Assembly (NCBI GenBank): GCA_963827655.1
Contig: CAWHCF010000008.1
Coordinates: 32,001-96,000, forward strand
Reading direction: 5' to 3'
Origin: an uncultured Acidobacteriota bacterium
Lineage (GTDB): Bacteria; Acidobacteriota; UBA6911
DNA: 64,000 nt
Positions 1 through 11,239 of this stretch are shown one piece after another (within the stretch, counting starts at the first letter, position 1; each line of letters starts with the position of its first letter). Under the pieces are notes generated by a model. The model did no database searches. It had not been told where the DNA came from and saw only the letters and a list, made by a program, of their open reading frames with translations. A program made the position numbers and the translations under genes.

Positions 1-651
1 CTTGGGCCAACCGACCGGCGCAAGCTGGACGAATACCTCTACGCAGTCCGTGATATTGAAGCTCGAATCGAGACGGCCGAGAGAGAGGACAAAGACTCGG
101 TTCCTTCCATGGACAAGCCGGCGGGTGTTCCGGTCGATTTCAGCCAGCACGTCCATTTGATGTTCGATCTGATGACGATCGCATTTCAGGCCGATCTCAC
201 CCGGATAGTAACATTCATGATGGGACGGGAAGGGAGTACTCGAACCTATCGGGAGATCGGTGTTTCAGACCCCCACCATCCCTTGACCCACCACCGGAAT
301 GACCTTGAAATGCTCGAGAAGGTTTGCAAGATCAACTGCTTCCACGCCGAACAGTTCGCCTACTTGCTGGGGAAGCTGAAGGCGACTCCGGATGGGGAAG
401 GGACCCTTCTCGATCACGCCATGGTTGTCTACGGCAGCGGCCTGAGCGACGGCAACAGGCATCACCACCACGATCTTCCCGTGTTGCTGGCCGGGCGCGG
501 CGCCGGGAGCCTCCGTCCCGGGCGGCATGTGCGCTATCCTCAAGAAACCCCGATGACAAATCTCTACCTGACCATGCTCGATCACGCCGGGGTGCGAACC
601 GAATCCCTGGGCGACAGCCAGGGACGGCTAGAGTACCTCCAGGATATCTAA
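1..651 (+). CDS. DUF1552 family protein, 5' truncated by the window edge
   Basis: Motifs PHHPLTHH, GTLLDHAMVVYGSGLSDGNRH, LPVLLAG and TPMTNLYLTML are typical of DUF1552; the frame appears open to the window edge. Confidence 0.8.
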   Translation, partial: LGPTDRRKLDEYLYAVRDIEARIETAEREDKDSVPSMDKPAGVPVDFSQHVHLMFDLMTIAFQADLTRIVTFMMGREGSTRTYREIGVSDPHHPLTHHRNDLEMLEKVCKINCFHAEQFAYLLGKLKATPDGEGTLLDHAMVVYGSGLSDGNRHHHHDLPVLLAGRGAGSLRPGRHVRYPQETPMTNLYLTMLDHAGVRTESLGDSQGRLEYLQDI

Positions 652-745
652 GGGTCTTTGTGTTTCTTAGGCGCTTAGCAAAACGTTCAGACCAACATGT
701 TGTCGTTCAGAAGAGGCCTTCTTTCTGGGCGAAGTCCCGAACGAA

Positions 746-810
746 TCTTAGTGTCTTCGTGTCCTCGTGGTATTTGTTTCGCACCTTAAGGAAGCACGAA
801 GCACCGACGA
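746..810. repeat. 8-mer palindromic intergenic element (CTTCGTGT family), partial copy
   Basis: tcttagtgtcttcgtgtcctcgtggtatttgtttcgcacct; its 20-nt core gtggtatttgtttcgcacct is the exact reverse complement of part of the 12975-13062 element. Confidence 0.8.
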
Positions 811-842
811 GTGACAAGGTTGCTATGTGATCGCGCCAGGGT

Positions 843-2234
843 CTATTTGGCGCTCGGCGGCGGTTGCAAGCGGTTTCCGAACCATCGTGGCTCGGCGAGT
901 TCGGCGTTCCAGGCCTTCCAGGCGGCTGCCATTGCCTTCGCCTTCTCAGGCTCACGCTCGGCGAGATCCGTCTTCTCCCCGATGTCCACCGCGAGGTTGA
1001 ACAGACGCGCTCCGGTCGCATCGTCTTCGGCGGTGCGCCGGCGCAGCTCAGGCGTCGGGCCGTCGGGCGCCTTGACGAGCTTCCAGTCTCCCATCCGGAT
1101 CGCCATGTGCTGCGCGAAGCGCCAGTAGAGCGCACTGTGAGGGGCCTTGCTCACCCGGCCCTCGAGGTGCGGCAGCAGGTCGACGCCGTCGAGCTTCCAA
1201 TCGGGTCGAAGTTCGACTCCGGCGGCGGCGAGCGCGGTGGGAAGGATGTCGAGCTGAATGACGGGCTGGTCGTACAGCTTCCCGGCCGGGAGCCGGCCCT
1301 TCCAGCGGACGAGAAAGGGGACGCGGATTCCCCCTTCCCAGGTCTGGGCCTTGTAGCCGCGAAGCGGGCCGTTGCTCGACCCGTTGACGACGGGTCCGCC
1401 GTTATCGCTGATGAAGAATATCAGGGTGTTCTCTTCCAGACCGAGCTGCGCGAGACGCGCCACGACGGCGCCGATCGCGTCGTCCATTGCCGCCATCATC
1501 GCCGCATAGGTGCGGCGCCGTTCGTCCTGGATCTGCGGGAAGCGGTCGAGGTACTTGCCGGTTGCGTGCATCGGGTTGTGGACCGCGTTGAAAGTCAGAC
1601 AGAGGAGCCAGCTCTCCTTTTGATGGCTTTCGATGAACGCAAGCGCCTCGCGCCGGAAGGCGTCGGTGAGGTACTCGGGCTCGTTCACCGGCGCGGTGCC
1701 ACGCAGGATCGGGTTTGCCGGATCGGCCTTCGCGTCGAGGTACGAGTGCGCGCCCCCCAGGAAGCCGAAGTAGAACCCAAAGCCGCGCCGCAGCGGATGA
1801 AATTCCGGTTCGTCGCCCAGGTGCCACTTGCCGACCATGCCGGTGGCGTAGCCGGCGCCGCGCAGCCGCTCAACCAGCGTGCGTTCGGTGAGCGGAAGGC
1901 CGAAAGTCTTGTCTGCCCGGCTCGCCGCCCCCGGGTTGAATTCATGGCCGTAACGCTGCTGGTATCGGCCGGTCATCAGTCCCGCGCGCGTCGGACTGCA
2001 ATAAGGCCCGCTGACATAGCCGTTGGTACAGCGCACTCCCGTCCGGGCGAGCGCGTCGATGTGGGGCGTGGCGAGGTCGCGCGCGCCATGCACGCCGATG
2101 TCGCCGTACCCCATGTCGTCGCCGACGATGACCAGAATGTTCGGCTTGCGCTGAGCGGCCGCTTCCGATGCGGCGGCGACCAGCGCGACAATGCCAAAGA
2201 ACAGACACCGCGTGAATCTTGCTGCCTTACGCAT
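843..2234 (-). CDS. Secreted sulfatase (arylsulfatase family)
   Basis: PNILVIVGDDMG, formylglycine motif CSPTRAGLMTGR, GKWHLG and SDNG; signal peptide; ATG at 2234 preceded by GGAGGG. Confidence 0.92.
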   Translation of the reverse strand: MRKAARFTRCLFFGIVALVAAASEAAAQRKPNILVIVGDDMGYGDIGVHGARDLATPHIDALARTGVRCTNGYVSGPYCSPTRAGLMTGRYQQRYGHEFNPGAASRADKTFGLPLTERTLVERLRGAGYATGMVGKWHLGDEPEFHPLRRGFGFYFGFLGGAHSYLDAKADPANPILRGTAPVNEPEYLTDAFRREALAFIESHQKESWLLCLTFNAVHNPMHATGKYLDRFPQIQDERRRTYAAMMAAMDDAIGAVVARLAQLGLEENTLIFFISDNGGPVVNGSSNGPLRGYKAQTWEGGIRVPFLVRWKGRLPAGKLYDQPVIQLDILPTALAAAGVELRPDWKLDGVDLLPHLEGRVSKAPHSALYWRFAQHMAIRMGDWKLVKAPDGPTPELRRRTAEDDATGARLFNLAVDIGEKTDLAEREPEKAKAMAAAWKAWNAELAEPRWFGNRLQPPPSAK

Positions 2235-2486
2235 CGCGCCCTCCATGGGTATCTGCTGAGAGTTCTTCTTTAGGGTGTACGTACGGAAATTGTCAAGGCG
2301 AAATCGACGTGACGTAAGCAGTAAAGCGTGCAAGGCTCGCGGTTCGCCGGGCCAATCAGCTGGCAGCGGGAACGAGGCGCTCTCGCGGCATCCGGGAATG
2401 TATGAGAGGGGAGTGAGGGCGCTATCGCCTTCTTCAACCGAGTATCTTGTGGTTGCTCGGTTGAGATTGAGCCGCAACCGCGAGGC

Positions 2487-3047
2487 TCAGGCGTCCTTCG
2501 GTTCTGACAGCCGGGGTAAAGGCCGCCTGACCAGCATGAAGATCGAGATCAGGTAAACAACCACGATGATCGCGGGAATGACAACGAAGCGCTGCGACGG
2601 GAACATGAACCATGCGATAACGATGAGAATGGTGCGGCTGATGCCGTGAAAGAGTCCGACCGGGTGTTGAAGCATCCACGAAAAAGGAATCCACATAAGT
2701 CCCGCCAGAACGCCGAGGCTCAGCGGAAGGGAAGATCGCTCAACCAGCCAGAAGGGAATCGCGATCGCCCACACAAGGTTGGCCATCAGAATACTCAGAC
2801 CGAAAAGAAGGTCCAACTCGTTGCGAGTCTTCAGCACGTCCTCGCCAATCAAGCGGCCGATCAGGATGCCCATCGGAAAGATCATGCCGGCGCAAATGAA
2901 CAGCGCAAGAGAAGCCGGACCCTCGCGCAGTTGGGTACCCAGGATTCCCGCGACGGTCCAGGCGATGGTGCCCGCAACGGGCATGGCGAGGAAGCGGCTC
3001 CTGCCGAATTCGGCCCGCAGCTCGCGCAGCGTCGGATCAGGTGACAT
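2487..3047 (-). CDS. Multi-pass membrane protein (DUF7010-like)
   Basis: About 6 hydrophobic helices; FLAMPVAGTIAW and GLMWIPFSW motifs; start chosen at MSPDPTL. Confidence 0.65.
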   Translation of the reverse strand: MSPDPTLRELRAEFGRSRFLAMPVAGTIAWTVAGILGTQLREGPASLALFICAGMIFPMGILIGRLIGEDVLKTRNELDLLFGLSILMANLVWAIAIPFWLVERSSLPLSLGVLAGLMWIPFSWMLQHPVGLFHGISRTILIVIAWFMFPSQRFVVIPAIIVVVYLISIFMLVRRPLPRLSEPKDA

Positions 3048-3173
3048 GTTCGGGTCCTCCAGAGGGTTTTGTTGGCGGCGAGCTTTCCCCGCGGCGCCGT
3101 TGTCGTCGGCATTATAAGCTTTCAACCGGCACCGCGTTTGGGCGGAGTTTACTTACGACGATGGCGGAAGGGT

Positions 3174-3523
3174 TGGTGGAGGTGGCGGGAATCGAACCCG
3201 CGTCCGAAAGCCTTCAGCGAATAGAGCCTACATGCTTATCCGATTCGTTTAGTTTCGCGGTCGCGCCGTTCGAACCGGCAAGGACGCCGTGCCGCTAGCC
3301 CTGAAGGTTTTCGGTTCGGATCCCAGAGCTTAGATCCTCACCTAGCCTGCTGATCGACGCCTCGCTCCGGCCTCGCAGGCAAGACCGGTGAGACGTGACC
3401 GCCTAAGCGGCCAGTGCTAACTGAGTGTCAGCAGTTGATTTATTTTCCACGATTGTTTCGAGCCGCGGAGCACTCGGCATGCCTCTACAGCCTCTTGACC
3501 CCCGTCGAATCCAGTTCACCCCC
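3174..3523 (-). ncRNA. ssrA: tmRNA; proteolysis tag ADTQLALAA* encoded at 3403-3432
   Basis: Minus strand begins GGGGGTGAACTGGATTCGACGGGG and ends GGGTTCGATTCCCGCCACCTCCACCA; the internal tag frame ends LALAA-stop; length 350 nt. Confidence 0.96.
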
Positions 3524-3540
3524 TTGAGAAAACAAAGGTG

Positions 3541-3569
3541 ATTATAACTTCAAGGCGGGTCCCGGTCAA
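3541..3569 (-). promoter_or_regulatory. sigma70-type promoter of ssrA
   Basis: Minus strand TTGACC-N17-TATAAT just upstream of the tmRNA 5' end. Confidence 0.8.
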
Positions 3570-3615
3570 ACACTCGTCTCGGCCCGACCGCAACGCAGGG
3601 CTGCAAGCGAATTGC

Positions 3616-3705
3616 TCCTGGTTTTTCTTCGTGTCGTCGTGTCTTCGTCGTTAGAGCCGTCTAGCGAATACCACTAACGCTCAAAGACACGAAGAAATAC
3701 CAGGA
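3616..3705. repeat. 8-mer palindromic intergenic element, full copy
   Basis: tcctggtttttcttcgtgtc...gttagag...aataccacta...gacacgaagaaataccagga, an imperfect inverted repeat. Confidence 0.85.
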
Positions 3706-3764
3706 ACCTTGCCCCAAAAAAGCGGATTTCCTTCACCCAGATTTAATATTTTGATTCAATCCTG

Positions 3765-3793
3765 TTGACAGCCGCAGGGCCGGTGCGTAGAAT
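3765..3793 (+). promoter_or_regulatory. sigma70-type promoter of the M23 peptidase gene
   Basis: TTGACA-N17-TAGAAT. Confidence 0.75.
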
Positions 3794-3870
3794 CTCCGAA
3801 TCTTTGAGCGTTCCGTTACGGCTATCGCTGGCTAAATCAGTGGTTTAGCACTTATGCCAGACCGTGATCT

Positions 3871-4767
3871 TTGATAAAGAAAGGGGGTTTGATGCTAGAG
3901 AAGAGACTTCCTGCCTTCCTTGTAATCTCGCGCAGAGATGCTGAATCGTGGCGCTTGTTTTATTGTTTTCTTGCCTTAGTCGGATTAATCGCAGCCATTG
4001 TTGGGATACTTCAGTTTGGTCAGATGCAGCTTAGGGTAGCGGATTATGACCGCGTCCTGGCTGAGAATGATGCCTTTCGCGCCGAAAACCACAACTACCG
4101 AATCCAGACCGCTCAACTTGGTGAGAAGATCGACTTCCTTGAGGCTACTTCGCGCCAGTTAATGGTCCTATCAGACGCTTCTTCCACCAATGCTCTGGGG
4201 GGTGTGGGCGGGTTTTCCAAGGAGAGTCTCAAAAGACCCCCCTCCGCTTCCGCAGGATCGCTCCAGAGCATCGACCTGTATAACCGAAAGGTCATCGAGT
4301 TAGAGAATCAATACCGCGGCTTGAGCCAGACCTTGTCGGAAACGGCGTTGGTCGCCGCGGCGACGCCGCTGTTCCTGCCGGTCAAAGGATACGTCACGGG
4401 CGGGGTTGGCCGCCGAAGCGATCCTTTTAATCCATCCATGCCGGACTACCATACCGGAATTGATATATCCGCTCCTTACGGGAGCCGCGTGGTGGCGCCC
4501 GCCGACGGGACTGTGCTGTTCGCCGGCCAGAGACCTGGTTATGGCAATATCGTGGTGATTGATCACCGGTTCGGAATAGTGACGCGTTATGGGCATCTCT
4601 GGAAATTCAGTGTCGAGACCGGCCAGTTCGTCTCACGCAACGATGTGATCGGCTACGTCGGAAGCTCGGGGCGCAGCACCGGTCCACACCTGCATTACGA
4701 GTTGTGGGTGCATAACCGCGTGGTGAATCCACAGAGATTCCTTCGCTTGTCGAACAGAGTAGGGTAG
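3871..4767 (+). CDS. M23 family peptidoglycan endopeptidase with N-terminal TM and coiled coil
   Basis: HTGIDI (HxxxD) and STGPHLHYE (HxH) zinc motifs; start may be 3892. Confidence 0.9.
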   Translation: MIKKGGLMLEKRLPAFLVISRRDAESWRLFYCFLALVGLIAAIVGILQFGQMQLRVADYDRVLAENDAFRAENHNYRIQTAQLGEKIDFLEATSRQLMVLSDASSTNALGGVGGFSKESLKRPPSASAGSLQSIDLYNRKVIELENQYRGLSQTLSETALVAAATPLFLPVKGYVTGGVGRRSDPFNPSMPDYHTGIDISAPYGSRVVAPADGTVLFAGQRPGYGNIVVIDHRFGIVTRYGHLWKFSVETGQFVSRNDVIGYVGSSGRSTGPHLHYELWVHNRVVNPQRFLRLSNRVG

Positions 4768-5007
4768 TCCTCGAATACTCCCCGCTCAAACGCCTTCAGC
4801 AAAATCTGAAGTTTTCGTGTCGCTACTCGAAGTTGCGCCTTCGTGTTAATGCGGCCGAGCTTCGCCCGCCAAACCGCGTGAACTAAAACCACTCCTAAGG
4901 CGCGAGGACACTAGGGTTGCGGGTATGCGAGCTCCGCAGGGTTGGTTGACTCGGTAGGGTGCATCTGTTAGATTACGCCATTTATATCCGGCCGGAGATT
5001 CTCCTGC

Positions 5008-7675
5008 ATGATCAACACCATCATCACCAAAATCATCGGCAGCAAGAACGAGCGCGATCTGAAGAAAATCGAACCCACGGTTCAACGAATTAACGACCTG
5101 GAAACGGAAATAGGCCGGCTGTCAGATCTTGAACTGGCCGAGATGACCCCGAAGTTTCGCCAGCGATTGACCGAGGGCGAGACGCCTGACGACATTCTCC
5201 CCGAAGCTTTCGCGGTGGTGCGCGAAGCTGCCAAGCGTGTCCTCGCGATGCGCCACTACGACGTGCAGCTCGTCGGAGGGATGGTCCTGCACCAGGGCAA
5301 GATCGCTGAAATGAAAACCGGTGAAGGGAAGACCCTCGTGGCCACACTACCAGCGTACCTGAATGCGCTGGAGGGGAAGGGCGTGCACATTGTCACGGTT
5401 AATGATTATCTCGCCGGACGCGACAGCGAGTGGATGGGAAAGGTCTACCGCCTCCTCGGTCTGACCGTGGGTTGCATTCAGCACCCCCTTACCGATGCTG
5501 AGCGCCGGGTCGCTTATGCGCGCGGATATTACCTACGGAACAAACAACGAATTCGGCTTCGACTACCTCCGGGACAATATGAAGTACGACCTGGCCGATT
5601 GCGTCCAGCGCGGCTTCAACTATGGCATCGTCGACGAAGTAGATTCGATTCTGATTGACGAGGCCCGCACCCCGCTTATCATCTCAGGCCCAGCCGAGGA
5701 ATCCACCGACAAGTACTACAAGATCGACAGGATCCTTCCCAAGCTGCGGCGTGATGTTGACTTTCAAGTCGACGAGAAGGCGAGAACGGTAAACTTGACC
5801 GAAGAAGGGGTCGAGAAGGCCGAGAAGCTTCTGGCGGTCGGCAATCTCTTCGAACCCCAGAACATGGACTGGGTGCACCACATTTACCAGGCTCTCAAGG
5901 CCCACCTCCTCTTCAAGCGCGATGTCGATTACATGGTCAAGGATGGCCAGGTCGTGATCGTGGACGAATTCACGGGACGCTTGATGCCGGGACGCCGCTA
6001 CAGTGACGGTCTTCACCAGGCGCTGGAGGCGAAGGAGAATGTGAAGATCGAGCGGGAAAACCAGACCCTGGCCACGATCACTTTTCAGAACTACTTCCGG
6101 ATGTACTCAAAACTGGCCGGCATGACCGGCACGGCGGAGACCGAAGCTCAAGAATTTTACAAGATCTACAAACTCGAAGTCGTGTGCATTCCTCCCAACA
6201 AGACCCTGATCCGCACCGAGTATTCGGACGTGATCTATCGGACTGAAAGGGAGAAGTACAACGCAGTGGTCAACGAGATCAAGGATCTCTACCAATCCAA
6301 TCGCCCCGTACTGGTCGGGACGATTTCGATTGAAAAGTCGGAAAAGCTGAGCACGCTGCTCAAGCGCCAGGCCATCCCTCATGTGGTGCTGAACGCAAAG
6401 TACCACGCCAAAGAGGCCGAGATTGTCGCCCAGGCGGGCAGAAAGAAAGCGGTGACCATCGCAACCAACATGGCCGGCCGCGGAACCGACATCCTCCTGG
6501 GCGGGAACCCGGAGTTTCTGACGCTTCAGACCCTGCGTGAGAAGGGAATCGACGCCTCTAGCATTTCCAAGGTCGACTACGATCGGATAAAGGAGCAGTG
6601 GACCTCCGTCTGCGCGAAAGAACACGATGAGGTGGTGGCGCTCGGGGGCTTGCATATCCTCGGAACCGAGCGGCACGAAGCGCGCCGGATCGACAATCAG
6701 CTGCGCGGCCGAGCTGGACGCCAGGGCGATCCTGGCTCGTCGCGTTTTTATCTTTCGCTGGAAGACGACCTCATGCGCATCTTCGCCAGCGATCGCATCT
6801 CGGGGATCATGCAGTCGCTTGGGATGGAGGAAGGGGTTCCGATCGAGAGCAAGCTCATTACCCGGCAGATCGAACGAGCGCAGAAGCAGGTGGAAGCCCG
6901 CAATTTCGAAATCCGCAAACACCTGCTCGAATACGATGACGTAATGAACAAGCAGCGCGAGGCAATTTATGCCATACGCCGCGAGCTGTTGGAGGGGGTC
7001 GATCAGCGGGAATACCTCCTCGAGCTGGCGAAGGATATCATGTTGGACCTGGTGGAGAAGCACACGCCTCGCGAGAAGCCGGCACAGGAGTGGGATGTCG
7101 ATGGCCTGCGCATATCCGTAGGGAACCAGTTCGGTCTGGATCTCTCGAGCTTCGGCGACATACGCGATCTTCCCTTCAACGAGTTGACGGAACGCCTCAC
7201 CGATACCCTCGTCAAGCGCTACGAAGATAAGGAAAAGAGAGTCGGGCCGGAGTTCATGCGCTACCAGGAACGCATGATCATGCTCCAGGTCCTGGATGTT
7301 CAGTGGAAGGATCACCTCTGGGCTCTCGATCACCTGAAGGAAGGGATCGGTCTCCGGGGGTACGGCCAGCGTGATCCGCTGATCGAATACAAGAAGGAAA
7401 GCTTCGAAATGTTCGCCAGCCTCAACGAGAGGCGGGAAGAAGAAAACATCCGCTACCTCTTCCTATTCGAGCCTATGAGCCTGGAAGAGCAGGAAGCGAG
7501 AGAGCGCGAACGCGAGGCGGCGCGGCGGAAGCAGTTGCGCGAGCAGAATCTGGTCTACAGCTCGGGCGACCTGGTTCCAACGGAGCCGCAAAAGCGCGAG
7601 GCGGCCAAGGTGGGTCGAAATGACCCCTGTCCTTGTGGCAGCGGACGCAAGTTCAAAAAATGTCACGGAAAATAA
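5008..7675 (+). CDS. secA: Preprotein translocase SecA (frameshift near 5518, probable sequencing error)
   Basis: [35 protein letters not shown] and SEC-C motif [18 protein letters not shown]; ORFs 5008-5658 and 5495-7675 join at AY/ADITYG. Confidence 0.97.
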
Positions 7676-9251
<1,576 letters not shown>

Positions 9252-9320
9252 AGAAAATTTAGACTTTCTGCGCACGATTCAGATCCTGACATTCGTCGGC
9301 CTTACCCGAGGAATCCCGAA

Positions 9321-9893
9321 GTGGCGGACGTAGAGGAGACCATTCGAAGATTCCTCGGCGGTGATGTCGAGGCCTTTGATCAGCTGGTCCGGGAATGGGA
9401 GGCTAAGGTATTCAACCTGGCCTGGCGATTTCTGGGAAATCGCCACGATGCGCAAGATGTGGTTCAAGAGACCTTTCTTTCGATTTTTCAGTCCTTGAAC
9501 CAACTACGCGACCCGAAAAGCTTTCCTACCTGGCTCTATCGCATCGCCTTGAATCATTGCCGGGCCAATTGGCGGAACCGCTCTTCCAATCTCTCGTTGG
9601 ACGAGTGTCTGGCAGACAAGGAGGGCGAGGAAAAGGGGCTTTCGCTGGCGTCGATGGTCGCGGCACAAAGCCGGGACCCGCTCGAGACGGTCGATCTCGT
9701 TCGGAAAGCGATGATGGGTTTGAGCCAGGATCATCGAATGGCCATTATCTTGAAGGAATATCTGGGACTGAGCCTGGCGGAGGTCGCCGAAGTTATGGAC
9801 TGTCCGCTCTCCACGGCGAAATCCCGCCTCTACCATGGACTGCGTGAAGTCCAGAAGAACCTCAAACGGTTGTTGCGAGCCGGCATGCAATAG
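9321..9893 (+). CDS. ECF RNA polymerase sigma factor
   Basis: DAQDVVQETF, SFPTWLYRIALN (region 2); SLAEVAEVMDCPLSTAKSRL (region 4). Confidence 0.93.
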   Translation: MADVEETIRRFLGGDVEAFDQLVREWEAKVFNLAWRFLGNRHDAQDVVQETFLSIFQSLNQLRDPKSFPTWLYRIALNHCRANWRNRSSNLSLDECLADKEGEEKGLSLASMVAAQSRDPLETVDLVRKAMMGLSQDHRMAIILKEYLGLSLAEVAEVMDCPLSTAKSRLYHGLREVQKNLKRLLRAGMQ

Positions 9894-9934
9894 GGAGCCA
9901 ATCACCACCGGCTGTACAAAAAGGAAGATCGTTT

Positions 9935-10486
9935 ATGCGATGTGATGAGATTCAGGAAAGACTGGTGGAACTGCTGTACAACGAGCGCGGAACCCCCCCG
10001 GCAAGTGCCGAGTTGCAGGGTCACGTAAACTCGTGTCCAGCCTGCCAGAAGGAGTTGCAGGAACTGGAAGCCGTCCGGAGCGCTCTAAAGATTTGGAAGG
10101 ACGAACCGCCGTTGCGGACCGTTGCCGGCCTGGCTGCGCCGGCTAAGGTCGTTCCGATCCGCACCCGCTTTAGCGTCCTGAAGATAGCCAAATACGGGGC
10201 AGTCGCCGCGATGGTCGCTCTGGCTTTCCTGGCCTGTCGAACGCCGAGATGACCTGGAACAAGGACGGGTTCAGCTTCCGCACGCACCTACTGACGATCT
10301 CCGGTCATCGCCAATTCCGAAGTACTACGATAAGGACTGGAGGTGCGCGCGATAGTCAGGGAGGTCGCGGATGACAGTGAAATCAGGATGATGGAAACGA
10401 ATCGCGTGATGTTGCTGCGAATGATGGAGTACATCGAGCAGGACATGGATGCGCGATTCGTTCGGGCCCAGCATGCCCGAAATTAG
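9935..10486 (+). CDS. Zinc-binding anti-sigma factor with TM helix (frameshifted near 10235 and 10335)
   Basis: HVNSCPAC (HxxxCxxC) motif directly after the ECF gene, then a hydrophobic segment; the continuation ends ...EQDMDARFVRAQHARN*. Confidence 0.75.
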
Positions 10487-10501
10487 AATCGAAACTGACC
10501 T

Positions 10502-11239
10502 ATGCTTCGAAGGAGCCTCGGGAAATCCGAATTCACGGTAGACCCGCGGAAAATCAAGGTGAACAACGCTGGTTGGGCAGTACATCAGTTCCGGTTGGAG
10601 AGCATTTCTCGGCCTCGCCGGAAAGACGCGAAGACGCCACGATTCAGGCGCGCCGGGGGACCAGCAGGTTGGAAGGGACGAGCGCTGTTGATCGTCCTTC
10701 TCTTGACCTGGTCCTTCGCGGCCTCAGGCGCGAAGGGCGCGCAGGAGACCGGAGAAGTGAAGGTGGACTACAAATCTGCGCGCCGCGACATCCAGAATGT
10801 CGAGGTCGCGATCAATACCATCATCGGGGCTACCTTCCCCGGACCCTACGCCGTGGTCCAGAACGCCAGAGGAGTTCATCTGCCGGGGTACGGTTTCATG
10901 TTCACCTTTCTTGTGAACATCCACCGGGCGGTGATCAACACTCCGTTCGGCGAGGTGCGAAACAAGAACATCACGCCCGAAGAGAAGAAGCGCCGGATCG
11001 AAGAATTAAAAGACAAGCTGGTTCGCATGCTGCTCGAAAACGGAGACACGCTCCGGCAGCTCCGAAAAGATGAGTCGGTCAGCGTGGTGGTGTTTGTCGA
11101 AGACCGGAATTTCCCGGGCGATGAGAATCAGAACAAGACCATGATATTGCGGGCCTTCAAGCGAGATCTGGACGAGCTGGCACACAAGGAAAACCGGTGG
11201 AAAGAGCTCAAGCAAAGGATGGAGATCATTGAGTATTAG
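10502..11239 (+). CDS. Hypothetical exported protein (true start probably downstream, near 10690)
   Basis: Signal-like LLIVLLLTWSFAASGA, then a globular domain (ARGVHLPGYGFMFTF); its stop overlaps gspE. Confidence 0.65.
   Translation: MLRRSLGKSEFTVDPRKIKVNNAGWAVHQFRLESISRPRRKDAKTPRFRRAGGPAGWKGRALLIVLLLTWSFAASGAKGAQETGEVKVDYKSARRDIQNVEVAINTIIGATFPGPYAVVQNARGVHLPGYGFMFTFLVNIHRAVINTPFGEVRNKNITPEEKKRRIEELKDKLVRMLLENGDTLRQLRKDESVSVVVFVEDRNFPGDENQNKTMILRAFKRDLDELAHKENRWKELKQRMEIIEY

Noticed and set aside
864-2273. Long + strand ORF (469 aa) and similar antisense ORFs over secA, guaB, rpoB, rpoC and coxL
   Set aside because: Shadow frames opposite well-supported genes in GC-rich DNA, with no recognisable motifs.
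3041-3298. Small ORF containing VEVAGIEPAS
   Set aside because: Antisense translation of the tmRNA 3' end; ORFs over the tRNAs at 39998-40690 are rejected for the same reason.
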